DNA from: Amoebidium appalachense
Lineage: Eukaryota > Protista > Ichthyosporea
Assembly: GCA_963693365.1 (NCBI GenBank)
Contig: CAVNZM010000018.1
Coordinates: 739,861-803,860, forward strand
Direction: 5' to 3'
DNA: 64,000 nt
The notes beneath the pieces were generated by a model. The model made no database searches. It was not told the origin of the DNA and worked only from the letters and a program-made list of their open reading frames with translations. The position numbers were made by a program, and so were the translations under genes. Of the stretch, positions 1 through 12,419 are shown in pieces (position 1 is the first letter of the stretch; each line of letters begins with the position of its first letter).

Positions 1-672
1 GCCTGCCTCCTGAGTGAATCCCCTGGCAATACCCCGTGCTTTGAGGTTATCTCTCCACGCGTCGGTGCCCCGCTTGGCGTCAAAGACCCACCGAAAGCCC
101 CCACTGCCCGCCGTCCTGCAGGCAATGGTACAAGCTCCCAGGTGTTGTTGTCGACCAGAGATTTATAATCCTCATCCGCTGCTGCCTTCCACAGTTCAGC
201 ATCTGGCCCTCCAAAGGGCGCCTGCTTCATAGTTGTAGGGATGGTGGGAGATGACAATGCCACGTTGTTGGCACTCTCAACTGTGCTGCACCTGTGATAA
301 CGCGTACTGCGGCGCGTTAGGCTGGGTGGATACTTGGATGGGTGCCGGGCAGGTGTGGAGGTCGTGGGGCTGTCAGGAATCACGTTTGCAGATGACCTCC
401 AGTCCTCCCCGTCGTCCTCAGACTCGCTGTCTGCCTTGTCAAGCGCCGGGAGGTCGTCATCGTCGCTGTTGTCACCATCAGTGTCCCGGGCTGTTGGCAC
501 CTGATTTCCGATTGGCGAATCTTCCTGATTGCCGATTGGAGCCCTGGAAATTCCTTCGATCATTCCGATCTGCATTAAATGGGTGCTGGCTCGTCGAATC
601 GGACGTCGCGGCGGATGATCACCTCGCGCCGCACGGGATCATCCCACAGCCGATAACCCTTGCTGTCGGTGC

Positions 673-878
673 CAGGGATGTGTCGGTCACTGGCCGGGTG
701 GGTCTCGGGCGGGTTTACGCAAAGGCCGGGTGGATCTCGGGCCGGGTCGTCTTTTTTTCGGTCCGGACCGGGTTGGTTCTTGGGTCTTGGACCCTTGTGA
801 TCGGGTTGACCCGCGGGTTACCAAATGCGAAAACCTCGGGTGTTCGCCCGGACTGGCCATATACGTGTGTACATGTAT

Positions 879-924
<46 letters not shown>

Positions 925-1525
925 ACGTGTGTGTGTGTGTGATATGCTTGCGTGCGTGCGTGCTGTGTGTGCACATGTGCTCGCGGTGTGTGTGTGGCTT
1001 TTCCACGCATGGTGTCTACATGTGGACAGACAGTGCTCGTACGCGGTGCTTGCGGCTTACGTGACTATATAGAGCTTGGTAGTGGTGACTAAAGCAAACA
1101 CAACGTAACGTGCACAGCAGTTACGATTGTCTCTCTCTTTTTTCTTTTTCTTTTTCTTTCCCCTTTTTTATTAAAGCACTAGCCTAGCCTCAGTACTCTA
1201 CTACTGTAGCTAACTATGCCTCGGCAATGTTTATACTACCATATATGGACATGATTAAAATACTGTATTGTTATTAGTTCACTGTGCAATCCCTGAAAAC
1301 CAATTATCAATCCAAAATTTACTACTTATTATGGTTAATATATCATGCTTTACCCTGACCCGGCGGGAACTGACCGGGTCAGAGCCATCGGTCGGGCTGG
1401 GTACAAGTCTGACCCGCCGTGTCATAAAGCCGACCGGGTTTGAGCAAGAATGCCCCGGGTCGGGGTTGGGTAACGCCGACCCGGCCGGGTTGGTTCTCGG
1501 GTCGACCCAACCCGACACATCCCTG
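673..1525. mobile_element. Non-autonomous hAT-type element (MITE), 853 bp
   Basis: Perfect 14-bp TIRs CAGGGATGTGTCGG (673-686) / CCGACACATCCCTG (1512-1525). Perfect 8-bp TSD GTCGGTGC (665-672, 1526-1533). CGGGT/ACCCG subterminal repeats. Removing it restores the copia integrase frame. Confidence 0.95.
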
Positions 1526-2368
1526 GTCGGTGCTGTAGCCCACGAAGATACACTTGTGGCTCTTGGCGTCCAGCTTGGTTCGCTTGGCATTCGGAATGTG
1601 TGCCCAGCATGTCGACCCAAATACACGCAGATGGCTAACATTGGGTTTCACCCCCCACCAAGCCTCATATGGCGTCATGCCATTCAGCGCCTTGGTAGGT
1701 GTGATGTTGCGAATGTATGCAGCTGTGTTGACGGCCTCTGCCCAGAAACGGTTTCCCAGGCCTGCCTCCTGCAGCATACACCGTGCCATCTCCATCAGAG
1801 AGCGGTTCTCACGCTCTGCCTTGCCGTTCTGCTCCGGTGCGTGGGGGAATGTGAATTCGTGCCTGATGCCGGACGAAGTTGTATGATCCACAAACTGCTT
1901 GGACCGATACTCCCCCCCGTCATCTGTGCGCAAGATTTGAATCTTGGTACGGAAACGGTTCCCATTGCGTGCCTGGTACTCCTTGAGTTTAGCCAGTACT
2001 TCTTCCTTCAAGTTCTTTATGAAGAAAACTTCGATGAAGCCAGTTTTGTCGTCGGTGAACGTGACGTAGTAGTGTGACAAGTAGTAGCACCCGCCAATTG
2101 ACATGGTGGCAATGTTCCCACTCACATCAGAATGCACGATGCCCAAAGTCTCCGTAGCACGGTTCCGACCGTCCTTGGGAAAGGGCTCACGGTGTTGCTT
2201 GCCCTTTGCACATGCCTCGCACATTGGTATGTCATTTGGTGATGCATTTTTGACATTGTCCATGCCATCGACCAGTCCCTGCTTAGCCATCCTGATGACC
2301 CGGTAGATGCTGCCACGTGGCCTAGTCGCTGGTGCCACTGTAGAAGTAGCCCCCCTGTCGACCTCCAC
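1526..2368 (-). pseudogene. Copia integrase core (rve) plus start of the SH3-like domain, interrupted by a MITE
   Basis: ORF 1379..2368 is integrase only as far as FVGYSTD; its last ~50 aa read into the inserted element. The integrase frame resumes at 664 (SKGYRLWDDPVRREVIIRRDVRFDE). Confidence 0.9.
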
Positions 2369-3225
2369 TGGCCTTGCCGTCCTTGGTGCTCACCTTATCC
2401 TGTGCCATCGGAATACCGGCCTCTGGGGCACTGGACGGGGTGCTGCCGCCGTCGACGTTGCCCCCACTGCCGCTGCTGTTCTCCTCAACTGCTGCCACCG
2501 ATTCATTCCCTGTCATCACGTGCCCAACTATGCGGTAGAGACACCCATCGAGAATGCCATTGGCTAATTCCGACCAATCACGATCGACAATCAGCAACTT
2601 GCCATCGCCTGATGCCCTTCGCTTCACATTTTGACGCAGACACCAAAGTCTTGTCGAGTGCGGGCACATAGAGAACGTCCTTGAGCCGCAGCCGGTTGAC
2701 ACGTCCGTCAACCTTGGCATCAAAGGTGATGCCCCCCTTGCCCTCGCACGTGCTGACATGCCTGTCACCCATGGTGACAGGCATTGGCTCCACCTTACGG
2801 AAGTTCGTGAACCATTCTCGCACTGGTGACATGTGGGATGTTGCCCCGGAATCCCACCACAGATGACGCCTGGCCCCATTGTGCTGGCGTGGAGTGTCGG
2901 TGATGTTGAGTGCAGTCTCTTTCCCCTTGTTGCGGTTCTTGTACCAGTCAGGGTTGGTACGGCAATCACAGGCGAAATGACCATTCTTGTTGCAGGCGTG
3001 ACAGCGAAAATCGGCCCTTGGCCATGGGTTGCCCCCGTTGCTTTTTCTCGTGTCACCTTTGCTGCACTAGTGGCCTCTGTTGTTGTTGCCCCTGTCACGC
3101 TGTTTGTCCATGGCGTTGAATGCAGTCTCCTTGGTCTCCCCCTTTGGTGCCGTGTCGATTCATGATCATACACCATGAACTTGGCAACCAATGCGGACAT
3201 GTTCAGACCCGCATCTTCACTGCAC

Positions 3226-3519
3226 CCTCACGTACCCATTTGTGGCTGCGGCCGTTACACGCATCATGGTGAGAGTGTGGGACCTATACACGGGTGCTTT
3301 ATACTCCGAATTCACCGTCGCCTGGGACCACAAACCTAGGATATCGCACATGTTTTTTTCCCGTGACCAGGCTACTATTTTAACATTCGCGGTAGAGGCA
3401 GAGAGAAATCGTGTTCGCCACTATGTAATGAACATCTCGTCGAATGACATCACCACCGGACAGAGGGTGTGGAGCGTCGAGCGCGAAATGCCGTTTGATG
3501 ACAGTGCGGATTTTGACAG
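3226..3519 (+). pseudogene. Orphan exon-like fragment with WD40/beta-propeller-like motifs
   Basis: Part of ORF 3191..3535: VRVWDLYTG..ISHMFFSRD..DITTGQRVWS, ending at a candidate donor GACAG|GTGGTG. The 5' end abuts the truncated copia gag. Confidence 0.35.
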
Positions 3520-4002
3520 GTGGTGTATTTTGTAGTGTATTCACTGTATTTTCGTATACCTATGTTGTGTACATGTATCGGTGTGTGTAGGTGTACAAGA
3601 GCAGACCGTGTAAAACCAGCTATGCTATAAGGTGCTCAGCCAACAGTAGTTACATGTACACCAAAGAAAGGTGAGGCCTGGGGAGGCCGTCACCACCCCC
3701 CCTATCTATTGTGTGGTCTAGAATGGATCTAGTGGACTATAGCGCTAAAGCCCTGCCCCAGGCGTCCTTATAGCTAAGCGTGCTAGTGTTGCCGGTGTAT
3801 GGCGTGTGTGCTAACCCCCTAAGCACAGACGAGAAACTTTACGGGAACTGCTGTACACTGCAAAGAAGTTGTGTGTGTGTGGTGTGGTGAGTTCGGGCTA
3901 CAGTTCTTCAATAGCTTGCTATCAGGACAAGATCTATTCCTATTGGTCGAAAGTTAAATGTGGATATATGGGTGTATTTCTGATACCTCATGGGTGACTA
4001 AC

Positions 4003-4037
<35 letters not shown>

Positions 4038-4650
4038 ACGGTCCTCCGTCTTATAAAAAACCACCACGCACTATTAGACCCCGGCCCACTGCCCCAGCAA
4101 GTTAGGCAGGCTACTCTGCTCATAAGTCCATCGGGATCCTTCAAGTCAGAGATCACTCCCCCAGGGGGGGGGGGTCCAAAGGGCAAGTAAATTCAGGTGT
4201 TGATAAGACCCCACAAAAACATTGGTGGTTTGCTGTGTTGGCTTCACTCTTTGTTCATTGAAATTTCATGCCATACTTGTGTCATTCATCATATCACCTA
4301 ATATGTTAAAACCTAATAACCAAACTATCCATACGAAATTCACAATACCCTAGGGGAGAGATCACTACATCAAAATTCGCCTGAAAATGTAATTTCAAAC
4401 CTTCCCCCCCAGCCAACCCTCCACCCCCCCCCCTCCCCCCCCACCTTCTCTCCCCCCCCCTCCCCCCCCCCCCCCCCAAAAAAAAAAAGCTCCTCCCCTC
4501 CCCCTACATAACCTGTTCCATTCGGCAAACTCCCCTCCTTCCTCCCCCCCCCCCCCCCCGCCCCATCCCGCAAAAACCCCAACCCTACTCCTACAATTTC
4601 GGCAAATTTCCCTCTTCCCCAACCCCCGTGAGTCCACTTTCATCAAGTGT

Positions 4651-4886
4651 TTATATCAGGTCCATATCAGGGAGCATTGAGTCCCCCCCGTCAAATGGGG
4701 CCATTGAATCCCCCTCGTTCAAAATTGAATTTGCGGCGGTGGGCCTTTGAGGGGGTCTCTTTTTTCTTTTCCGGGTGGTGGGGTCCAACAGTGATTCCAG
4801 CTGGGTGCGCAGGCTGGGAGTCTTGCGGGCACAGAGAAGTACATCCTCGTGGCTGACAACACTGCGCCTAGCGTGTGTGTGTGTGT

Positions 4887-4967
<81 letters not shown>

Positions 4968-6558
4968 ACGCGCGCGTGTCATGCGCGCGCGTGTGTGTAT
5001 GGGGATGGGGGGGGGGGGGGGGGAGGGGGGTTAAAAGAAAGCGGACAACACGAACCACATACATTATTAGGGTTGAATTGAAAACGGTTGGTGGGTTGGT
5101 TAGTTGGTAAGGGGGGTGGTGTTTTTTTCTTTATTAGCTTTTACAGACTGAAAAATGAACACGCACACTTGCATGCAACATGGAGATGATGGTAGTGGTG
5201 GTGGTGGTGGTGGTGGATTTTTTTTTTTTTTTTTTTGGGGGGGGGGGGGGTCAAGGGGGGGGGGGGAGGATAGCCCGGGCTAAGGGGGTAAACATGATGG
5301 GTGTGTGAGCGTGTGCGTGAGTGAGTGAAAACCTGTGTGTGTGTGTGTGTGCAGGCGTGCGTACACGAATGTGTGCATGTGGTGGCACATCGCATGTGTG
5401 TATGTGTTTATGTGCGTGCATGTGTGTGCGTGTGTGAGTGGGCGGCCCGGCGGGTGGGCGGGGGCGCCGTGGCGGGGGGGGGGGGGGGGGGGGGGGGGAA
5501 GGGGGGGGGAGGAGGGGGGAGGGGGAGGGGGTGGGGTCCCTGTTTTATGCAAGTTGAGCCAAGAAAGGGAAGGTATGGCAAAAGCGGGAGGGTAAGAAGG
5601 TAGGGCACAAATAGCACACAAATGAATTGGCGTGTTACAAAGAGAGACACCAGCAGGATTGTGAGAAGTTAACAGTCGAGATGAAAAAACTAGCCAAGCA
5701 TGAATGGCCACACGAGTGATAAGAACCGGAGGGTTTGTGTGTGTCTCTTTCATCACACGTGCATGTTTGCATGTATTTGTGGGGTCGTGTGCCCAGGAAC
5801 ATGGGTGGGTGTGTGTCCTTGGCTTAGCCATGAATGTGATTGTAAATGTCTTACATATGCCGTTGTGTATATGTCCGGTCACATATCGATATGCGTTTGA
5901 GAGGGAAGAGGCGTGGGGGATGTGTGTCTGGCGGCCCAGGGGGGGAGGGGCGGAAGGTTGAGGGAGGGGGGAGGGAGAGGAGGGGGACGAGAAGGGGATG
6001 TGCAGGAGGGAGGGAGTAGAATGCTTCACCAAAGTACACACTCACGGCGGAAAACATAATCCAGATTTTGCATGGAGCGCACAAAGAGTTTGCATCATGT
6101 GTTGTGTGTGGTTTTGGTGGTGGTGGTGGTGGTGGTGGTGGTGGGTCGGGGGGGGCTGGGGGGGGCGGGACGGGAGGCCGAGGGATGGGTTACATAGTAC
6201 GAAGGGTGTGTGTGGCGTGTGTGTGTGTGTGTGTGGAAAGGGTGGGGTGGGGTGGGTGTGTGGGTGTGTGTGGGTGTGTGTGTGGGGGGGGGGGGGGGGG
6301 GGGGAGGGGGGGGGGGGGGGGGGGGGAGGGAGGGTGATACTTTGCATGTGCCGAGAAAGCCTCAAGGTCCGCAGCCAAGGATGAGACCTGGTGGGCCACC
6401 AGTTCGGTCAGAGACGCAACGAATGGCCGGCTGAAGGTAACCCCAAGCTGGCCACCCTGTGTGTGTGTGTGTGTTGGGGGGGGGGGGGGGGGGAGGGGGG
6501 GGGAGGGGGGGAGGGGGGGAGGGGGGGGGGGAGGGGGGGAGGCGGGGGGTTTGTGCGT

Positions 6559-6589
<31 letters not shown>

Positions 6590-7707
6590 GGGGCTTGTTG
6601 TGTGAGTGAGTGAGTGGGTGTGTGTGGATTGTGTGTGCGCGTGTGTGCGGGTGTGGCACGTACGCAAGCGCGAATGAGTCGGCACGCAGGTGGGGGAGGG
6701 GAGTTGGGGGGGGGGGGGGGGGGGGGGTAAACAGGGGTATGATGGAAACGAAATATGACCGTTGAATAGAACAAGAGCGGCACGGAGCGGCACGGAGCGG
6801 CACGGTTGGGGGGGATGGGCAGAAGAGAGTGGGGAACATGGTCAGCTGGAAGGGACAGAGAGAACGACTGTTTGGTGAGATCAAAACGTCAGTCCTGTAC
6901 ACTCCCTAATAGGAGAACAAGAAGAATAAGTGGTAGCTGTTCCACACACAACTAGGTGCAGTTACTGATGCTGGTACAATGGATGCAAGGAACAGAGAGA
7001 TAGGGGAAGGAGAAGTGTTGTGAGGGAGAGAGGTGAAAGAATAGCCCATTTCTATAAACGCGTGGGCAGTAACTGCCGTTGGCAAACTAAGTTATGGCAG
7101 AGAATGTATAAACGAACTCCTTTTATCCCACCGGGTGAGCAGGCAGACGAGAGGTGGGTAAAGAGGAGCGTGCGGGGAGGGGGGGGGGGGGGGGGGGGAG
7201 GAAGGGTGGGAGGAAGGGGGGGGGGGGGGGGGGGAGGAAGGGGGGGAGGGGGGGGGGGGGAGAAAGGGGGGGAGAAAGGGGGGGGAGGGGGGCATTTGTC
7301 CTAAAAACCGTCAGATCATAGTTTCAAGAAGAAAACAGCACTTTACTAAGTTGAGGGGTGGAAGGGAGGAGTGGGGGAGGGGGAGCTAAATGTGAACACG
7401 AGGGGGAGTAAGGGGGGACGGGGGGGGGGGGCGGGCGGGGGGAGGGGGGAGGGGCTAGGGGGGGGGGGGGGGGGGGAGGGGAGGGGGCGAACAGCGGGAT
7501 AGGGGGAGGGGGAAAGGAAGGAGGGGGGGCTGGGGAGGAGGGGGTTGGTGTGTGTGTGTGTGTGTTGGGGGGGGGAAGGGGGGGGGGTTCAACCTCTTTG
7601 TCGCAGATAGTGCCTACTGCATAGTGCAGGGCAGTCTTCAGCTGCTGCCGGAGCTCCTCATCCTCTCCCTCCTCCAAACCCTCCACTTCCTCCTCACCCC
7701 CAGACAT
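4651..7707 (-). CDS. CENPS: Centromere protein S (CENP-S/MHF1), histone fold, 148 aa, 3 exons
   Basis: Exons 7707-7594, 6456-6341 and 4867-4651 with GT-AG boundaries and consistent phases (447 nt). Translation MSGGEEEV..LRQQLKTALHYAVGTICDKE|GGQLGVTFSRPFVASLTELVAHQVSSLAADLEAFSAHAK|RSVVSHEDVLLCARKTPSL matches the CENP-S signature LKAAVHYTVG..DLEMFARHAKR..EDVKLLARR. Confidence 0.93.
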
Positions 7708-10172
7708 TTCTCGGTATGTGTGTGAGTGAGCGTGTCTCTTGGTGTGTCTTGGTGTGTGTCCTTTTTGTGGGTAGAGGCGGCGGGGAGGGGAGGGTGGGGG
7801 GAGAGGGAAAGGGAAGGAGGGGAGGGGGGGGGGGGGAGGAGGGGAACTGGAGGGGGGGGGGGGGGGGGCGGGCGGGAGGGGGGGGGGGGGGAGGGGGGGG
7901 GAGGGGGGGGGGAAGGGGGGAGGGGGGGGGGGGGAAGAGGGGTACGCGGACGGGTGTCTTTGTGGGGCAGCTATTCGTGAATATGTAAGAAGGTATCCCT
8001 GTTTGCGTGTGTCAGCTGAGTGCTGGGGGTCTTTCACCCTGGTCCAGTGCTGGAGGTGTTTTCAAACCCCTTTTGCCCTTGCCTCTCTCCCAGTGTCTGC
8101 TACATTGGCCGGAAATGTAAATGTAAATACTTAAAATTTCTTGTTGAATTCTGTTGGTCGTCACGTTGAAAGTCTATATTATTTTCACACAGTGTTCAGA
8201 TATCTTAGTGCAATAGTACTGAATGTACCAGCTATCTACTGGATAACTCGTGAAGGTTTTTTTTTTTTTTGTTTGTTTGTTTTTTTTACTACCCGGTGTA
8301 CATACATTGTAGGTGTGTTTTTCACGAATGAAGTTTGAAGTGTCCCGCCAAGCTCATAATAATCCCACTAACCAATTAAAGATACGCTCTTCTAACCAAA
8401 TAGGGGCTGCTCTAAACGTCGACTGGGATTGGCGGAAAATGCCAAAGTTCGGCGATACTTGTGCTCGGAATCCCTGGAATCTTGAGGGAGATGACTGCTA
8501 CAATGTGCCCCAATGAAACACTATACCTGTTTTCATTTATTTTTTCATTGCAGTCTGTAGAGAAAAAAACCACTGAAATTGCTTCTCAAAGAACATTTTT
8601 GTTTTCTTGGTAATTTACATCTGCCGTTCAGGCAGCCCTCCTGATCGTCGGAGATTTGCCGTGCTCTCCCGGTTAAAAGCCACCAATCAGAGTTCAATCA
8701 GCACGTCCCCCTAGTCTATTTGTATGATGAGTCAACCATAGCATTTCGGAAGTTCATACATATACACAATCGAGGAAGGTGTACTGCACTGTAATGAGTA
8801 AACCGACAGCACTGCGTATTTGTAGCAAAGCGATGAGCTTCGTAACATATTGATGGTGCATAAACATGTGTGGGGTTTTTGGGTTTTATCCGTGCAATAA
8901 ATAGTGGTGCGGTCCTCAGATCGAAGTGCCGCAGTTGATGACGTCATTCAGCAAGCCCTCGCATTCCAGAAGCCGAATGGAATCTACTGTTGAACGGCAA
9001 TCATGTAGAACGTCACCATCTTTGTTCTTTCCACCGACAGAATGCACCCGAAGCATAATAGGCTAATGACACATACGAAAAATGTAGGTAAGCGCGATAA
9101 ACCAGCATGTGCTCTTATCAGGGTAGGAGTGGTTTTGCCATATTGACTTTTCAATGTAGGGGTGACACTTGGCGTTGCACGCACTATAATTAGTGCTTAT
9201 TGGTGTAGTTCAATTTTAAACATGTAATGTAAATTTTCCGGGAATTTCGAAGGCTGAGTCATTGAGATCCAAATCTAGATTGATAAAGATTGATACTATA
9301 CAATGTGCTGGTACGTGTTCATTTTCTTCATGGTTTAACACCTTTACATTATTAAATCTTATTATATGCATGTCTAAAACATTATAGAAAAAAAATGCGG
9401 GCCTCGGAGGAGAGGAATTGCCATGTCCTGCGGCCTGGGTGCCAATTTTTTTTTCTGTATATCTCGTTAACCCCATGTTGCTGGATATATATAAGTCTAC
9501 GTACGAGTACTGACGGCGGAGTCGAGAGAGTGCACGTGTCCCCGCCACATGAGACCATGCACTATTCGACTAGAAGAATATTTAGGGCGTGTAATATGCA
9601 CAAATTCTAAATAATAAATTTCTTATTATTATTATTGGCTATGTAGAGAGTGTCTAGTGCGGTCAGGTCCACTATAGCCAGGCCTCACTCTGGCTGGGCC
9701 AGTGGCATGAAGCGCAATAACATTCCTCGCATACCTCTGAAGTCTAGGGGGTGCGGAACAGTGCCACGGTCTACCCGCGGCAGTTGCTTTCCTGCAGAAT
9801 GAAGATGTACATGTGTGAATTGAGGAGCTATTTTTTTAGTTGGAAGGCTTTGTTTAGCTACAGTCATAGTGCTATGGTTTTTGTGCCCTAAGGTCACTCT
9901 TCCAAGGGGGTATTTTTAAATGAAAGAAAGCAACGCTGTGTTTCGTATTTCTGTGTCTGCAGCGGATTGGGAAAAGGCTGGAAAGAACCTTCGCTGAGTT
10001 GGCATTCAAGATCCCCAAAACACCACCTTCAAACTGTTATTATGTTGCAACAATATTTGACACACGAAAAGTAGTTTTAGTCTCCCTCATGCTCTGTCTA
10101 ATCCTCACAACATAGCCACAGTGTAAGCCACGAAACTGTTTTTTCCTGGTTTATCTCTGCTATGCCGGCAAT

Positions 10173-12356
10173 ATGAAGGTGTGTCCCTTTCTGTTGCTGG
10201 CCGCTGGCACGTTAGGGCGCCCAGTGGCACAGCAAGCCACCGCCACCACCACCACTCAACCACAAAAAACTAGCGAAAACGGCACCGTAGTGGACGGACC
10301 AAGGCCACAAACTGAAGGATTAGTGGGTATATCCGCGGCGAACAACAGGGGTGGGTGTGTACGTGCGCAGAGGCTTGTAGAGCTACCTGCGGACATACAG
10401 ATAGACCCGTTGGACCTCGGATACTGCCAGCCACACACAGATAAGAACAAGGAGTGTGTGGCAAGAGTAAAGACCGTTACGATAAGGTGTGTTTTTGGGA
10501 ACTACTGTAGTCGTTTATCTTTTTCTCGTCTCTTTTTTCCCCTTTTTATTTCTTCGTGTGTGCATTTGCGCGCGCTTGTGTGTGTTTCTTTTTCCTTCTG
10601 TTTGACCAAAATGAACCACGGTGTGATTTGCGGTTTTCAAGTTCTCTACACGTGTTTATTGCACGTGGTAACGCATGCACGGTACGCTGACTGCCCATGT
10701 GTAAGAGATACTTCTGAAGTGGCAAGCGCTGCCATTTAACCTGAGCTTTTCACGACACCCTAGCTGCAGTTCTTTATTTAACATACAGTTTCGCACCGGT
10801 GACAGCAATAGCGCAATTTTGCGCTTGTTCATTGGTTGCTTTCTAGTTCTTCCAGGTGTATAATCATTCCAGAACCCATGCTCATGCTCTTGTTTTGTCT
10901 TGCCAACAGTTACAACAAGGTAGTGCAGTGCGGCTGTGGGGGTGCAAACAGCAGCAGCATATCCACGGCCAAGGGCATTGCAGACACTTTCTCCAGTAGT
11001 GAGCAACTATGCCGCGCGGAAAACGACTTTATAACTGTGTCAAATGACGCACGAGGTAACGACATAACAATCAACCCGGGGAGATGTGCCGGTTGGTGCA
11101 GTAATGCGGTCGATAATGCACTGCTTGCATTGAATGTTTTGTGGACGGCGGATAAGAGTGCAGAGGCCTGGGTGGATGGGCAGCCACTGGCAGGCTTGCA
11201 ACGAGGAGGCTGGAGATATCCAAGGTGTGTGTGGCTGGTGGGATGAGAGGCTGTAACCATGGTGTGTGATGGGCATTTTAAAAACATGAACGTGTCGTGC
11301 TTGCTTCTGCTGCAGAGTCGTGATGGTCAATGTTGATTGGGCCCTTAGCAGCATAGTAGCAACCCGCACTCGGCGGTATGATTGCAAAAAAAAAAAAAAA
11401 AAAAAAAAAAAGGTCGATCAATGGCTGACACCACTTTTTTTTGTTTGATTCCTACTCGCAGGTCAGCATTTCCCTTATATAGTCCTGTTTTATATGATGT
11501 TGTTTTTGACATCGAAAGAACACTGATATATTTTCGGGGTGCAGTCAGCAGGATTTTGTATCTGGCCGGGCAGGCACACACGTGGTTGCTATCAAGGCTA
11601 CGGCCGGGGCAGCACGTGCCCCAGCAGGGGTACTGGCCGCACTGACGGTCATGAACAGCGATATGACCGTGCCTACGGGAGGTGTGTTTTTTTTTTGTGT
11701 GTGCGCGCCACGGGGTGTGCTGTGTGATGGTGAGCGAACCAGCATGCGAGAAGTCATTGTTGGGCGTGTGATCATGAGATCCTGTGTGTAGTGCTTTTGG
11801 AGTTTCAGCGCGTGTTGGCTTATTTCAGTGTTGTGTGAACCATTGGTGGAAGATACATTATTCTTATCACGGCCGGCATTTGAATCTCGACACAGCGTCG
11901 TGTTGTAGCCGGGTTTAGAGAAAAAGGTGTCTGCATATACGTTCCAGGGTCTAGTTATGTGTTATGTAGCCAACCGGTTTGTAGCCAATTTGTTAACACC
12001 TTAATATTATCTGGCACACAGTCCCTTCTGACACAAGTTTGGGTGCAGTGGCAAGCTGGCGGGCCACGACCACACAGCCCTCAGGTGATTGGCTGAGGGC
12101 GGACTTTGCAGACGACACGTGGCAGGCACCTGACATGTGCCCTGACAGCGTTACCACGGCAACGTGGAATGGTATGCAACTTAATTAGTACAGAACGGGG
12201 AAGGAACATGGAAAAATACTTTTTCTTCATTTTTATTGGCTTTTCAATGATTTGGTTCTTCAACTTTTATTTTGGTGGTGGTGGTGGTGGTGGTGGTGGT
12301 GGTGGTGGTGATTGGCCGACCAGGATTTTCTTTTTTTTTTTTTCTTTTTTTCTTTT

Positions 12357-12419
<63 letters not shown>

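Larger units (their letters stand above)
1..3225 (-). mobile_element. Degenerate Ty1/copia LTR retrotransposon internal region (gag-PR-IN-RT); 5'-truncated, runs off the window start
   Basis: Minus-strand motifs in copia order: zinc knuckle CHACNKNGHFACDC (~2960-3005), protease WWDSGATSHM (~2830-2860), LKDVLYVPALDKTLVS, integrase CEACAKGKQHR..HSD..LRTDDGGEY..PEQNGKAERENR, SH3 GYSTDSKGYRLWD..RRDVRFDE, and the RT start WKAAADEDYKSLVDNNTWELVPLP..RWVF..KARGIARGFTQ (1-260). Several frameshifts and a stop; no LTR recognised. Confidence 0.93.

Noticed and set aside
251-2077. Plus-strand ORFs 251..1072 and 1268..2077
   Set aside because: Antisense to copia pol and running through the MITE; no independent coding signal.
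3535-3995. Possible LTR of the copia element
   Set aside because: No PBS, clear TG..CA ends or second copy, and it is separated from gag by unrelated sequence.
8938-8947. CRE palindrome ATGACGTCAT (also at ~20291)
   Set aside because: More than 1 kb from either ATG and plausible by chance; no supporting evidence.
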